A stretch of 64,000 bases of DNA from a virus (lineage: Duplodnaviria; Heunggongvirae; Uroviricota; Caudoviricetes), in the IMG/VR virus record IMGVR_UViG_3300005544_000021. The stretch is one strand, 5' to 3'. The notes under the pieces are model-generated. The model ran no database searches, was not told the DNA's origin, and saw only the letters and a list, made by a program, of their open reading frames with translations. Shown piece by piece: positions 53,478 to 62,851 of this stretch. Numbering within the stretch: the first letter of the stretch is position 1; each line of letters starts with the position of its first letter. A program made the position numbers and the translations under genes.

Positions 53478-53789
53478 ATGTCAGACAGAAAAATCAGTGA
53501 AGATACCAAAAAACTTATGAGAGCCCGTAAGCTGATTGAGCAACCAGAAAATTGGACTCAAGGAATATTTGCCCGAACTAAAGAAGGTATGAAAATAAAC
53601 CCGCAGAGTTATTTGGCGTATTCATTTTGTATAATAGGGGCTTTGCAAAAGGTAAGATTTGATAACTTAGATATTTTGCATAATATACATGTAATTATAA
53701 ACTTCAATGATATGTCAACACACGATGAAGTTTTGCGGTTTTTGGACAGAGCGATTTTAAAGTCCATAACGCAGGATCAGAAATCATGA
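53478..53789 (+). CDS. MSDRKIS-family protein, paralog 3
   Basis: MSDRKISEDTKKLMRARKLIEQPENWTQGIF...SFCIIGALQKV...FNDMSTHDEVLRFLDRAI. Confidence 0.35.
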   Translation: MSDRKISEDTKKLMRARKLIEQPENWTQGIFARTKEGMKINPQSYLAYSFCIIGALQKVRFDNLDILHNIHVIINFNDMSTHDEVLRFLDRAILKSITQDQKS

Positions 53790-54004
53790 CTCAAGCAAAT
53801 GAAGTGTCCTTACGGGACTGGTTTGCGAGCCAAGTATATGCTCAAGCCTATGAAGCCGCCAGACATATAACTGAGGGAGATTTAAACAGGATGTTTGGTT
53901 CCAACAAAATTGATATGCGTCTGGAAGCTATTGCGGCGGCTTTAGCTTATCGTTATGCCGATGAATTAATGAAACGACGAGCAACCGAAGGAGAATCGTC
54001 ATGA
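53786..54004 (+). CDS. hypothetical protein
   Basis: ORF track 72 aa, ATGA-overlapped operon. Confidence 0.3.
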   Translation: MTQANEVSLRDWFASQVYAQAYEAARHITEGDLNRMFGSNKIDMRLEAIAAALAYRYADELMKRRATEGESS

Positions 54005-54225
54005 AGAAAACTTTTGATGTGATCCTGGAACGGGAAATCATGATTACGCAAACCAAAAAAATAAGGGTTAATGCTTATAATGAGGACGAGGCTCAAGATA
54101 TTGCATTCAGGAGAACGAATATGAATGAGGGGGCAAAACATCCTATCCGTTGGAAACGGGGTTGGAAAACAAAAGAGGCGGACTTGGAGACAATTACTAC
54201 GAATTTTGTGGAGATAAAGAAATGA
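54001..54225 (+). CDS. hypothetical protein
   Basis: ORF track 74 aa. Confidence 0.3.
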   Translation: MKKTFDVILEREIMITQTKKIRVNAYNEDEAQDIAFRRTNMNEGAKHPIRWKRGWKTKEADLETITTNFVEIKK

Positions 54226-54422
54226 ATAAACATTGCGTTGCTATTGTTGATGGGGGAACTTTAATTGGCGAGAACGGAACTTTGGATATCACGGGAATAG
54301 ATGATGTTGAGATTAGAATACGTTCGGATGGAAAGGTGATTTGGGTTAATGGCCCAGATTGTAAAGTTCGTATTTGTTCAATCCGGGGGGTGGTAAATGT
54401 GGTTGATGAGCGAAACAACTGA
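54222..54422 (+). CDS. hypothetical protein (start at MNKHC)
   Basis: ATGA overlap with upstream stop. Confidence 0.3.
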   Translation: MNKHCVAIVDGGTLIGENGTLDITGIDDVEIRIRSDGKVIWVNGPDCKVRICSIRGVVNVVDERNN

Positions 54423-54585
54423 GGAGGCTGTCCGTGGGCGAAGTGTTCTTCTGGCTTTTAGTCGTGCTGTTCGCCCTGGTGCTGATGTACCGACTCGGCG
54501 TGACCATCCGCTCATTTATGGATACGAACGACGCATTCCGTCACTGGAGTGCAGTTAACAAACAGAAAAGAATGGAAAACAAACG

Positions 54586-54828
54586 ATGAAAACTTACTAT
54601 TCAGGAATGACATTGGCAGAAATGTTAATGTTAATTAGTGCTGTTAAGGCATCAGCAGACGATCTTGTCAAATATGAAACATGGATTAATGATAGACCAG
54701 CATTACCAGCCAGAGAACTTGCTATCAATATGGTAAGAGCGGAAACTAAAAAATACAGAGAACTACAATTAAAGCTTATGGAAATATTGGACAAGGAAGA
54801 AACAAAGATGATGGAGATAAAACGATGA
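54586..54828 (+). CDS. hypothetical protein
   Basis: ORF track 80 aa. Confidence 0.3.
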   Translation: MKTYYSGMTLAEMLMLISAVKASADDLVKYETWINDRPALPARELAINMVRAETKKYRELQLKLMEILDKEETKMMEIKR

Positions 54829-55058
54829 AAAAGTCTGAGTATATGGAAGCCATGTTTGGGGAAGAATGGCGCAAATGTGTGCGGGAAGGACGATGTTGGA
54901 TTATACAAAACACTATCTTTAATCCATTTGATGGTCAGGGATTAAATTTGATTTGTCAGGTACATGAAGAGGAGTTTAATATTCCGGTAAAACGTGGAGA
55001 GTGGAATGTACCAATACCTTCTATTTGCCCCAAGGGGGAGAAGAATAAGCTTATCTAA
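54825..55058 (+). CDS. hypothetical Cys-containing protein
   Basis: ORF track 77 aa. Confidence 0.3.
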   Translation: MKKSEYMEAMFGEEWRKCVREGRCWIIQNTIFNPFDGQGLNLICQVHEEEFNIPVKRGEWNVPIPSICPKGEKNKLI

Positions 55059-55068
55059 TAATAAAAAA

Positions 55069-55084
55069 GGGAGCCGAAGCTCCC
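55069..55084. terminator. bidirectional rho-independent terminator
   Basis: GGGAGC-cgaa-GCTCCC hairpin; on the minus strand it is followed by TTTTTTATTATT, directly downstream of the capsid gene. Confidence 0.6.
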
Positions 55085-55117
55085 TAATTTACGACACTAT
55101 ATAGAATGTCTTTCTGA

Positions 55118-56467
55118 TTACATCAGGTTTTGAACCAGGAACTTCCTGTAATACACGTTACTATCAACGTGAATGGTTCCAGAACCTTTTGTTAATCCCT
55201 CGGCAAATGGGTTGGCTGTCATGCCATAGCGAGTCTTAAACCCAAGGCGAGGAGTAAATGAATCGGGACGAACCGCATTCATCAACTGGAGAGGAACGTA
55301 TGGGCAGTAGTAAATACCCGCATCCCAGGCACTTGCCCCTTTATAACCGACCGTGATATAATGACCCCCAGAAGCATATGGATCAATATAACACTTAATA
55401 CGCCCATTTAGAACTCCGATAAAGGTACTACCTGTATCATCTGGATTGAGGGAGTTTTGTAGGGCTGGAGTATAATCTAATTGCTGAGCCGCTTGAAGGG
55501 CTGAAGCAACATCGGAAGTCATGATAGCGATATTACCGCGTCCCCGACGTGTAGCCTTAGCCAGAGCATTACATTCACGCTCTAGTTGGAAATGAATACC
55601 TTTCCACTTCTCTACTGACCAACGACCATTAGAATCGGTATCAAGATCAAAGAAACCAGCAGTCGTGGTGTTTTCCTGACAACCAATTTGGGCCGCAAGG
55701 TTAACAGTTCTCACAACTTCCCGATTAATTTCCGCAAGGATTTCAGTTGAAAGAATATTGATCAATTCTGCCCGAGCGTCCATACCATGAACAGCCTTTA
55801 GGTCTTGAGCAAGTTCAAGAGTATATTCAGCCGCCAGAGCCCGAGACTTTGCAGTTACGGTATTCTTTTCAATGCTGAAGCCCATCTGAGCAAAATCAGA
55901 GTTTGAATCCGTACCCAAAGCTTCGGCTTGGGCTGTGCTCATTCCACCGCCATAGTTATAGATACCAGTGGCTGCAAGGTTTGAAATTGCTGAAGAGTTA
56001 CCAGGAAGGGAACCGACATGTTTCAAGCCAAGTGTGTTTGCCCCTGAGAGTACTGAGGAAAACATGGTGTTGACTTCGTTATAGAAGGTTTCCGAACCAG
56101 TCTGGTTTGAATAGCGGGAACGCATGGCGAAAATCAAACCTGTTGGACCAGTCATTGGCTGCACGCCAACTAGATCATAAGCAATCAGATTTGGGGCCGA
56201 ACGCCGAACCATATTGATTAGAATTGGATCAAAGGTATCAATACCTCCTGATCCAGCAGTTGAGCTTGAAGCACCCATAAAGTTTACAGGGATAGCAGCT
56301 TCCAAGAGGTCACGGGGAATAGATTCCCGATTTAGCTTTAGTTCTCTCTCAGTATTCTCCATCAGAATGGCAGTAACAGTCTCCCGATGAGAATCTTTAA
56401 TCTTGGCATGTGAGGGATGCTCTAAAAGTCCGCCCCACTTGTCCTTTAGTTCTTCAGATAAAAACAT
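55118..56467 (-). CDS. 23: major capsid protein (T4 gp23 homolog)
   Basis: FDPILINMVRRSAPNLIAYDLVGVQPMTGPTGLIFAMRSRY parallels the conserved gp23 segment; strong terminator downstream. Confidence 0.85.
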   Translation of the reverse strand: MFLSEELKDKWGGLLEHPSHAKIKDSHRETVTAILMENTERELKLNRESIPRDLLEAAIPVNFMGASSSTAGSGGIDTFDPILINMVRRSAPNLIAYDLVGVQPMTGPTGLIFAMRSRYSNQTGSETFYNEVNTMFSSVLSGANTLGLKHVGSLPGNSSAISNLAATGIYNYGGGMSTAQAEALGTDSNSDFAQMGFSIEKNTVTAKSRALAAEYTLELAQDLKAVHGMDARAELINILSTEILAEINREVVRTVNLAAQIGCQENTTTAGFFDLDTDSNGRWSVEKWKGIHFQLERECNALAKATRRGRGNIAIMTSDVASALQAAQQLDYTPALQNSLNPDDTGSTFIGVLNGRIKCYIDPYASGGHYITVGYKGASAWDAGIYYCPYVPLQLMNAVRPDSFTPRLGFKTRYGMTANPFAEGLTKGSGTIHVDSNVYYRKFLVQNLM

Positions 56468-56516
56468 TAATTTATTTACTCCCTGTAATTTTCTTTATAC
56501 TTGTTTTATTTAGGAA

Positions 56517-57530
56517 TTACTTCATTTTAGAAGCAGCAAATACATACTGATTCATTTCTTTTGAAGTAATTGGTTTATCAGTTTCATCATCTAGGTGTTC
56601 AGATAGTAAATCTGAAGATGATTCATCCGCCGAACTTTTCTTGTTGGGAAAATACTTGGTCTTAACAGTTTGAAGTTTGTTTTGATAAGTATTCGGATCA
56701 AAGTCTAAATCCTCAACCAGAGTCCGGAATTTCTCTTTCTGAGAAAGAACTAGACCTTCGGTTACTTTATCAATTACTTCGTTCTTTTGATATTCAACAA
56801 GTTCATCCTTCAGAGCCATATTCTCTTCCATCGTGGAATTGAGTTTGGTTTCCATGGAATCAATTCTCTCAGCCATAGCTTCCAGAACGTCTTGTTTGTT
56901 TTCAGGAATGTTGAAATAATGTGCCTCAAACAGACCTTTTAGATCGCCAATAAAATCCTCAAAGATTTCAAGTTTGAGAGCATTTTCCACGGCGACTTCA
57001 TTCTCGTTTAGCCATTCTTGGGCAACATAGGTAATGTATTCATCAAAATTCTCGGTGAGGGCTTCAACAGCCTCGGAGATTTCTACTTCGGCGGCTTCCT
57101 GGATTTCTTCTTTGAGAACTGCTAAACGAGTACTTAGAGCAGCTTCAAATAAAGTTTCGGTCTTTTCCTTGAATTCAGCGGATAGTTCCTCGGTATCTTC
57201 CCCAAAGATTTCGGCAATGGCTTCTTTAATACTTTCCTTCATTGCGGCGTTTGCAAAAGAAGGTTTCATCATAATGCCAGCTTTGTTCTTATCTGACGTG
57301 CCATCAGGAATCTGATCGGACGCGGAACCACCCTGCATCTGTTTAACCATGTCCATAAAGTTATTAATATCGGCCCCATCCATGGTTCCAATCAGATTAA
57401 TAGCCTGAGACATAGCTTCCATTTTACTCATGGAAGGTTTCATTGCTACTGAATCAACATTATCAGAGTGTTGATCTTCGTCCACATTATCAATCTCGTT
57501 TTCTGTCATTACTTTCTTCTTTCTCGCCAT
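56517..57530 (-). CDS. 22: prohead core scaffold protein (gp22-like)
   Basis: Highly acidic, helical, between prohead protease and capsid genes. Confidence 0.55.
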   Translation of the reverse strand: MARKKKVMTENEIDNVDEDQHSDNVDSVAMKPSMSKMEAMSQAINLIGTMDGADINNFMDMVKQMQGGSASDQIPDGTSDKNKAGIMMKPSFANAAMKESIKEAIAEIFGEDTEELSAEFKEKTETLFEAALSTRLAVLKEEIQEAAEVEISEAVEALTENFDEYITYVAQEWLNENEVAVENALKLEIFEDFIGDLKGLFEAHYFNIPENKQDVLEAMAERIDSMETKLNSTMEENMALKDELVEYQKNEVIDKVTEGLVLSQKEKFRTLVEDLDFDPNTYQNKLQTVKTKYFPNKKSSADESSSDLLSEHLDDETDKPITSKEMNQYVFAASKMK

Positions 57531-57583
57531 TTTTAGAACAATCTCCGGATGTTAAAACTTGTGTTTATATTTAGTAATACTGT

Positions 57584-58441
57584 TTATTTACTAGGCCAGC
57601 GCCCTTGTTTAGCAGTAGTTTTTTGACCCTGTAAACCTAAACCTTTGGCTTTTTTGAGCATATTTGAAGCCGCTTTACCAGTCATATTAACGTGGGTAAC
57701 ACTACGGTCATGATTAATAATCGTTTTTTGTCCTCCCCCTAATGGGTTTAGCTTTCTATGAACCAGAAACTGGTTGTTATCTTCTTCGGGTAACATTAAA
57801 CCCAAGTAATAGCGGAATAACTCATACTTCTTTTCAAGTAGCTCACGCTTAGATATCTTTTTCATAGCCTTAGCAAGGTCTTCCACCTTGTTTTCCATAT
57901 AAGAACCCCGAGCGGCATCATATACCCAATCCACGCCTTCCATGATACCATTAACCCAACAATTTAAGCCTGAAGGATCAGTAACTGCATCTACCGTAAC
58001 AAGTTTGAAGTCATTTTGAACTTCCTGGAGACCTTGGGAATTGGGCTTTACGGAGCCTAAACCTCGGGTACTCATTCCAAACCGACCCCCCGATTCAATA
58101 ATGGAACGCATAATTTTGCCCTGGCCTTCATCTAAAACTACAGCCTTTCCAATTACATTATTACCATCCCAATCTAGAGACGTAATTCTGTGTGAGATTC
58201 TTTCCTCATTTATCTTTGGTCCCTGAGGGTGTCCCCATTCTCCATAGGCTGTTTTGTTATTGATCTTATCCTTGACAAAACCTTCAACCACAGGTTCCAT
58301 AATTCCCTTAGAATAAATTCTATTATTCCGATTAGGAGTATTAACGCTAATGTAAGGTCCAGCGACATAGAGGAACTTTTTTCCGTCCTTTTCTTCGGTG
58401 AGGTATTGAACGTCTTGGGATATTTCGGATATTAACTTCAT
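57584..58441 (-). CDS. 21: prohead core protease (T4 gp21 homolog)
   Basis: AYGEWGHPQGP...GMSTRGLGS...FKLVTVDAVTDPS parallels T4 gp21 (ALGELNHPPRA...GVSSRGLGS...FKLTVGVDAVWGPS). Confidence 0.75.
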   Translation of the reverse strand: MKLISEISQDVQYLTEEKDGKKFLYVAGPYISVNTPNRNNRIYSKGIMEPVVEGFVKDKINNKTAYGEWGHPQGPKINEERISHRITSLDWDGNNVIGKAVVLDEGQGKIMRSIIESGGRFGMSTRGLGSVKPNSQGLQEVQNDFKLVTVDAVTDPSGLNCWVNGIMEGVDWVYDAARGSYMENKVEDLAKAMKKISKRELLEKKYELFRYYLGLMLPEEDNNQFLVHRKLNPLGGGQKTIINHDRSVTHVNMTGKAASNMLKKAKGLGLQGQKTTAKQGRWPSK

Positions 58442-58887
58442 TTCTTCTTTCTTTTCTTTGGTGGTTTTGGAAAATCTATACCAGCATTTGATAAGCTTCC
58501 GTGTCTTCCTTTACCCTTAACAGATGAGACAACAGAACCAGGAGTTATTGGAGAGTCGTCATAAGTTACTGGATTTACTCTTTTTTTTGCCCCCCGTTTT
58601 TTTGGATATGAGATAAGATTATCTTTTCCTACTGGAGAAGAAGAAGTTAGTTTATTTTTTAGCCATTTTTTCCAATCAAACACTTCTTTTATTCCTGACA
58701 TACCATGATTTGGGGGAACTAAACGACGCTTTCTAATTTGCTCAATATCATAATCCATACTATCTTTATGTGGTAAACCAGCTTTTCTTCTGGCTTTACT
58801 ATCATTTATAGCATCAATATCATAATCCATACTGTCTTTGGGAGGACAATTCTTTTTTCTTTTGAGTATGTCTCGTAATTTTTTCAT
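58438..58887 (-). CDS. basic protein with internal KDSMDYDI repeat (prohead core/internal protein candidate)
   Basis: PPKDSMDYDIDAIND and LPHKDSMDYDIEQIRK duplicated; K/R-rich. Confidence 0.3.
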   Translation of the reverse strand: MKKLRDILKRKKNCPPKDSMDYDIDAINDSKARRKAGLPHKDSMDYDIEQIRKRRLVPPNHGMSGIKEVFDWKKWLKNKLTSSSPVGKDNLISYPKKRGAKKRVNPVTYDDSPITPGSVVSSVKGKGRHGSLSNAGIDFPKPPKKRKKK

Positions 58888-58891
58888 GCTT

Positions 58892-59935
58892 CTATTTATT
58901 ATTTTCTTTTAATTCCCCAACATAATCATGTATTCTATGTCCTGGAAGATCAAAATCTCCTCCTGGATATTTCATACCTTTCCAGGAACATTTTGGGCAA
59001 GAATGTAAAACTGATCCCTGATGGTTTGTGCCTATCTTTTCTAAATTTCCACAAGCCCGACATTTATACATTCGGCGTTTATGTTGGGGGTAATGTTCTT
59101 TTGGGGGCTCCTTTTTCTTCTTTGGAAATTGTATTACGTCCCCTTCTTTCAAACCAATCTTTGCTTTAATCTTATCTTTCAGGCTCTTTGGTTTAACTCC
59201 AAATAGTTGTTCTCCTGCTTTTTTAGCCTTGGATTTATTCCGAACAACTTTATTATGATGAACCGACTGATCCCCCGCCACATGAATCGCATGATGAATT
59301 AAGTGATGGGATTCATTTTTGGATGTAATTGGTTTTTTGAATTTGGTATATTTTCTCTTGACTCGTTCAACCTTGGCATATATCTTAACTAGATCAGCCG
59401 CAGGCTTGACTAATTGTTTATTATATGGCAAGGCGGCTATGGTTGCAGCCCCAATTGTGTTGCGTATTTTCTTACGTAGTTTTTTGTCGTTAAATTTTGT
59501 CTTTGCCCAATCCGAGAAATCTGAATTCTCTTTGAGTTTATAAGGATGGGTATATTTTACCGGGTGGGCATCTCGCCATTTTCCATGATCATAACCCTTA
59601 CTCCAGGGAGCATCTTTTTGTCCGGGTTCTTTTTCATAACCATCCTTGGGATGATGGGATTTAGACCATAAGGCTCTTTTTAATGCTGAATCCCCTTTTC
59701 GTTTTTGTAGCATACCTTGGGCAGTTTTCCAGGCTTTCATATTTCTATGAGCCTTATGATAATCCTTTGCCACGGGATCAAATTCTGCACTTCGGAATGG
59801 ACCAGAACCTGAGCCTTTATTTTTTAAGTGATCAACAATTTTATTCCGATGCTTTAATGCCCGATGTCCATATTTTGCAATGGCATCTTTTAATTCATCA
59901 TCAGAATGGGGGTTCTCGTTAAGCATCCGAATCAA
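58892..59935 (-). CDS. basic His/Lys-rich internal head protein candidate with C-terminal zinc ribbon
   Basis: N-terminal MIRMLNE motif (LxE); CRACG...CPKC. Confidence 0.35.
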   Translation of the reverse strand: MIRMLNENPHSDDELKDAIAKYGHRALKHRNKIVDHLKNKGSGSGPFRSAEFDPVAKDYHKAHRNMKAWKTAQGMLQKRKGDSALKRALWSKSHHPKDGYEKEPGQKDAPWSKGYDHGKWRDAHPVKYTHPYKLKENSDFSDWAKTKFNDKKLRKKIRNTIGAATIAALPYNKQLVKPAADLVKIYAKVERVKRKYTKFKKPITSKNESHHLIHHAIHVAGDQSVHHNKVVRNKSKAKKAGEQLFGVKPKSLKDKIKAKIGLKEGDVIQFPKKKKEPPKEHYPQHKRRMYKCRACGNLEKIGTNHQGSVLHSCPKCSWKGMKYPGGDFDLPGHRIHDYVGELKENNK

Positions 59936-60638
59936 CTAATTCATTAGGTTTCTTATGACGAAACGATTTCACTTCTATTTTTTTATCATGTCCAAAATGT
60001 TCTTTTGCTTTATGTTCAATGTCATATGAGGATATATAAGCGTCATTATTTTTAGCATATTTCATCATATACCCTTGAGAGAAACCATATGTATTCAAAT
60101 GCTTTAATCCATGTTGTTTCATGTGCTCATGGAATTTTTTTTCTTTAGCTTCCCCAAATTTTGAATGAACATTCACCCATACTCCCCCATGTCTAGGGTT
60201 TTTATGATCTATTTCATAAGCTAAGTTTTGTACATATTCAGGCTTCATTCTAGTTTTAATACCTAAAGCCATTCCCCGATAATACAATTCTGCAACTTCA
60301 GTAGGAGATTTACCCTGAGATAAATGACGAGCAATATGTATTGTTACTATTTTTCGTTCATCTTTGGAAAGTTGGAAACGTTTGGGTTTTGCATACTCTT
60401 TAGGTCTTTTACCCGCCGCAGGATACTTATGTTTATCTGGTAGGTTTACAAAAGAACCAGATTTTCCATCTTTACCTGAACGATAATTTTTTCCCTTGTT
60501 ATGATTTTTCCAGGCTAAAGCATATGCTAGTCCAGGAGCCATACCTTCTTTTTTGCGATGTTCTATCCATTTCCGCATTGCAGGAGTTGGAGCTTTTTCA
60601 TTTAGAATATCCCGGAAACGTTTAATCATAAATGGCAC
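59919..60638 (-). CDS. basic His/Lys-rich internal head protein candidate
   Basis: N-terminal RDILNEK (LxE); KHLNTYGFS segment resembles KHLTTVHGFS in 2209..4914. Confidence 0.35.
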   Translation of the reverse strand: MPFMIKRFRDILNEKAPTPAMRKWIEHRKKEGMAPGLAYALAWKNHNKGKNYRSGKDGKSGSFVNLPDKHKYPAAGKRPKEYAKPKRFQLSKDERKIVTIHIARHLSQGKSPTEVAELYYRGMALGIKTRMKPEYVQNLAYEIDHKNPRHGGVWVNVHSKFGEAKEKKFHEHMKQHGLKHLNTYGFSQGYMMKYAKNNDAYISSYDIEHKAKEHFGHDKKIEVKSFRHKKPNELVDSDA

Positions 60639-60993
60639 TACTATTAGATGAGGTTTTTCCTAATTCAAGCATAATGAAAGAATTTGCGGTATCAGTACAA
60701 GTACAATTAATGGTTGCCGCCGCATCAAGGCTCATACTTGCCCCCTCACCCATTAAGTCCAGAAATTGTTCAGTTCCCGGAGCCAAGATAAGAACGGTAT
60801 TTGAACCTCTTTTTACAAACCAGTTTGCGGCTCCACTCCACCAAACTCGGCGTATAGTAGCTGATTGAACAACCTCAGTGGTAGTTGCAATATTAGAAGT
60901 GGCATTATTTCCCGCAACTGTTATGGCCACATTTGCCACAGAATGCAGCAAAACTTTACCATAAGGTTGATTCACCATTAATCTCTCGGCCAT
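60622..60993 (-). CDS. hypothetical protein
   Basis: ORF track 123 aa, A/T/S-rich. Confidence 0.25.
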   Translation of the reverse strand: MAERLMVNQPYGKVLLHSVANVAITVAGNNATSNIATTTEVVQSATIRRVWWSGAANWFVKRGSNTVLILAPGTEQFLDLMGEGASMSLDAAATINCTCTDTANSFIMLELGKTSSNSSAIYD

Positions 60994-60994
60994 T

Positions 60995-61276
60995 TTACTT
61001 CTTTACTCCATATAAGTCTTTACAAGTTATTCCAGGTTTTAACCCTCCGGGACGCATTAAATCAAATCCCAGAACATAGGCTGGTATAATTATTGTTGGG
61101 AAGAATATAGCCCCGATAATAACTCCCGGATAATTTAAATGATAGTTAACTGTTCCATCAGCATTCATAATATTCAACATCCCATAACCAGGATAATAAG
61201 AACCACAGATTGTTTTAGCTTCCACGCTCGTAAATGCGAAAATTGAAATTAGAAATGCTAGGATAAATTTATTCAT
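60995..61276 (-). CDS. small secreted/membrane protein encoded directly downstream of the C1 peptidase
   Basis: ATGA overlap with peptidase stop; signal peptide MNKFILAFLISIFAFTSVEA; C-terminal hydrophobic segment; two Cys. Confidence 0.35.
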   Translation of the reverse strand: MNKFILAFLISIFAFTSVEAKTICGSYYPGYGMLNIMNADGTVNYHLNYPGVIIGAIFFPTIIIPAYVLGFDLMRPGGLKPGITCKDLYGVKK

Positions 61277-62028
61277 ATAACTTGTTGAATACTCCAGAAA
61301 TCGTCGCAAAGATTTGCGTTTGTTAAGTAAGAATATGGCATATAATAAATCCCATGATCCCCAACCGATGTTCCCCAAGAATTACGAATCATAAATTCCT
61401 TGGTGAAATCATTATATCCAACACAACAAATTGCATGTCCGCCAAGCATCTTTTCATGTACCTGAGGCATCGGAACATGACCCCCTTTATCTCCCTGATA
61501 AAAACTATCATAGATTGCCGCCCCGAAAACAAACAGTTCTCCATTATCCAAACAGCTTCTTAAGACATCAAGGTTGGTATTATCCAGGCGATAATAATTC
61601 AGAGCTTTGTATTTCTTGGCATTCTGGTAACAAGCCGCTGGAGGTTTGAAGGCAAAATATTCAGGATGATAAGCCCAAAGATGTTCATCACAATATCCCT
61701 GAGTGGCTACTGATTTAATGCCATCTCGTATTTCAGCCCCAGCATCTGAGGTAATTGTGCCTTCCATCCAACGCTCATTATAATAAATGAATAGACGGGA
61801 GGGAGTGAAGTCTTGAATTTTTTGTTGAATACGATTATATTCTAGAATGGCGGCAATAGCATGGGCTGTGCAAGAACCAAGTTCCCCTTGATCCCAAATA
61901 GGGGGACAATTATGGCGTAAATCAACAACCTTATCTTGACGAGCCGCAAGGTGCATAAGTTTATAGTTATGATACCATAAGTCTCGTTGATCAGGTTTGT
62001 CTGGTTTCCATCCTAGTTTCCGATTCAT
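61273..62028 (-). CDS. papain-like cysteine peptidase (C1A family), no pro-domain
   Basis: Catalytic Gln-Cys spacing as in papain (DQGELGSC; Q six residues before C), His in GGHAICCVGY, Asn in RNSWG; begins like a mature papain N-terminus. Confidence 0.7.
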   Translation of the reverse strand: MNRKLGWKPDKPDQRDLWYHNYKLMHLAARQDKVVDLRHNCPPIWDQGELGSCTAHAIAAILEYNRIQQKIQDFTPSRLFIYYNERWMEGTITSDAGAEIRDGIKSVATQGYCDEHLWAYHPEYFAFKPPAACYQNAKKYKALNYYRLDNTNLDVLRSCLDNGELFVFGAAIYDSFYQGDKGGHVPMPQVHEKMLGGHAICCVGYNDFTKEFMIRNSWGTSVGDHGIYYMPYSYLTNANLCDDFWSIQQVI

Positions 62029-62227
62029 TAATACTTGGGCCTTTTATTGTGATATTTTTTTCCTGATTGTCCTTCAAACTCCCTATCTTGTTTTAGGTGT
62101 TTGTTGGACTTTTTTACACTATAAATCTTTCCCGGAGTGCCCCCAAAAGTGTCCTTACCCCGTTCTCTTTCCGTCTTTGTTAACATCTGCCACAAAGAAT
62201 TGATTTTTGTGGTCAGTTTACCTTCAC

Positions 62228-62845
62228 TTAGTTTGGACTCGGCTCGGGAACGAAAGGGCTATCTTCTGATTCAACCTCGCCATCACAATCGTCATCCTTG
62301 GCTTCCTCGGAATCATCATCCTTTTCTTCCTCTGGATCAGGATCAGTAAATAAAGACGCCGCTAGGTTCTTTTTATATTCTTCAATCGCCCCGTCTAGTC
62401 TTTGTTTAATAGCTAGATCAAAAATCTCTGCAACCTTGGCTGGTTCTTTATTCAAGATAGCATCAGCTACTTCCATTAAATTAATAGGCTCTACTACCTT
62501 TTCGGCTGGCTTTTTGGTTTCATCTTCAGCTTCTTCTTCGTTCTCTTCACTAAGAGTTTCAAAGACTTGAACAATTTCATCATCGGATAATCCGTCCTCT
62601 CTCATTTCGGCAATTAGAGCATCAAGCTCGGCATCAATTTGTTCCTCAGTAACTTCCTGCTCTTGATCTTGTTTCATTTCTTCCTCTTCTTTATAGGGGC
62701 GATATTTTTCTCTATTAGCTCTTCCAGTTTCATGCTTTGCAACAGTTTCTCTGTCTTTATCAGACTTAGCATTTACCATTCTACGAAGAATCCGTCCCAT
62801 GTTTTTATCATGTTTTTGGGATTTGGGTGTTGCATATTTCGTCAT
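62228..62845 (-). CDS. highly acidic protein (prohead core/scaffold-associated candidate)
   Basis: E/D-rich low-complexity, located between portal and head protease region. Confidence 0.3.
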   Translation of the reverse strand: MTKYATPKSQKHDKNMGRILRRMVNAKSDKDRETVAKHETGRANREKYRPYKEEEEMKQDQEQEVTEEQIDAELDALIAEMREDGLSDDEIVQVFETLSEENEEEAEDETKKPAEKVVEPINLMEVADAILNKEPAKVAEIFDLAIKQRLDGAIEEYKKNLAASLFTDPDPEEEKDDDSEEAKDDDCDGEVESEDSPFVPEPSPN

Positions 62846-62851
62846 TTTTTA

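Noticed and set aside
59319-59922. Plus-strand ORFs 59319..59543 and 59683..59922
   Set aside because: Antisense to the basic internal-protein genes; hydrophobic low-complexity translations.
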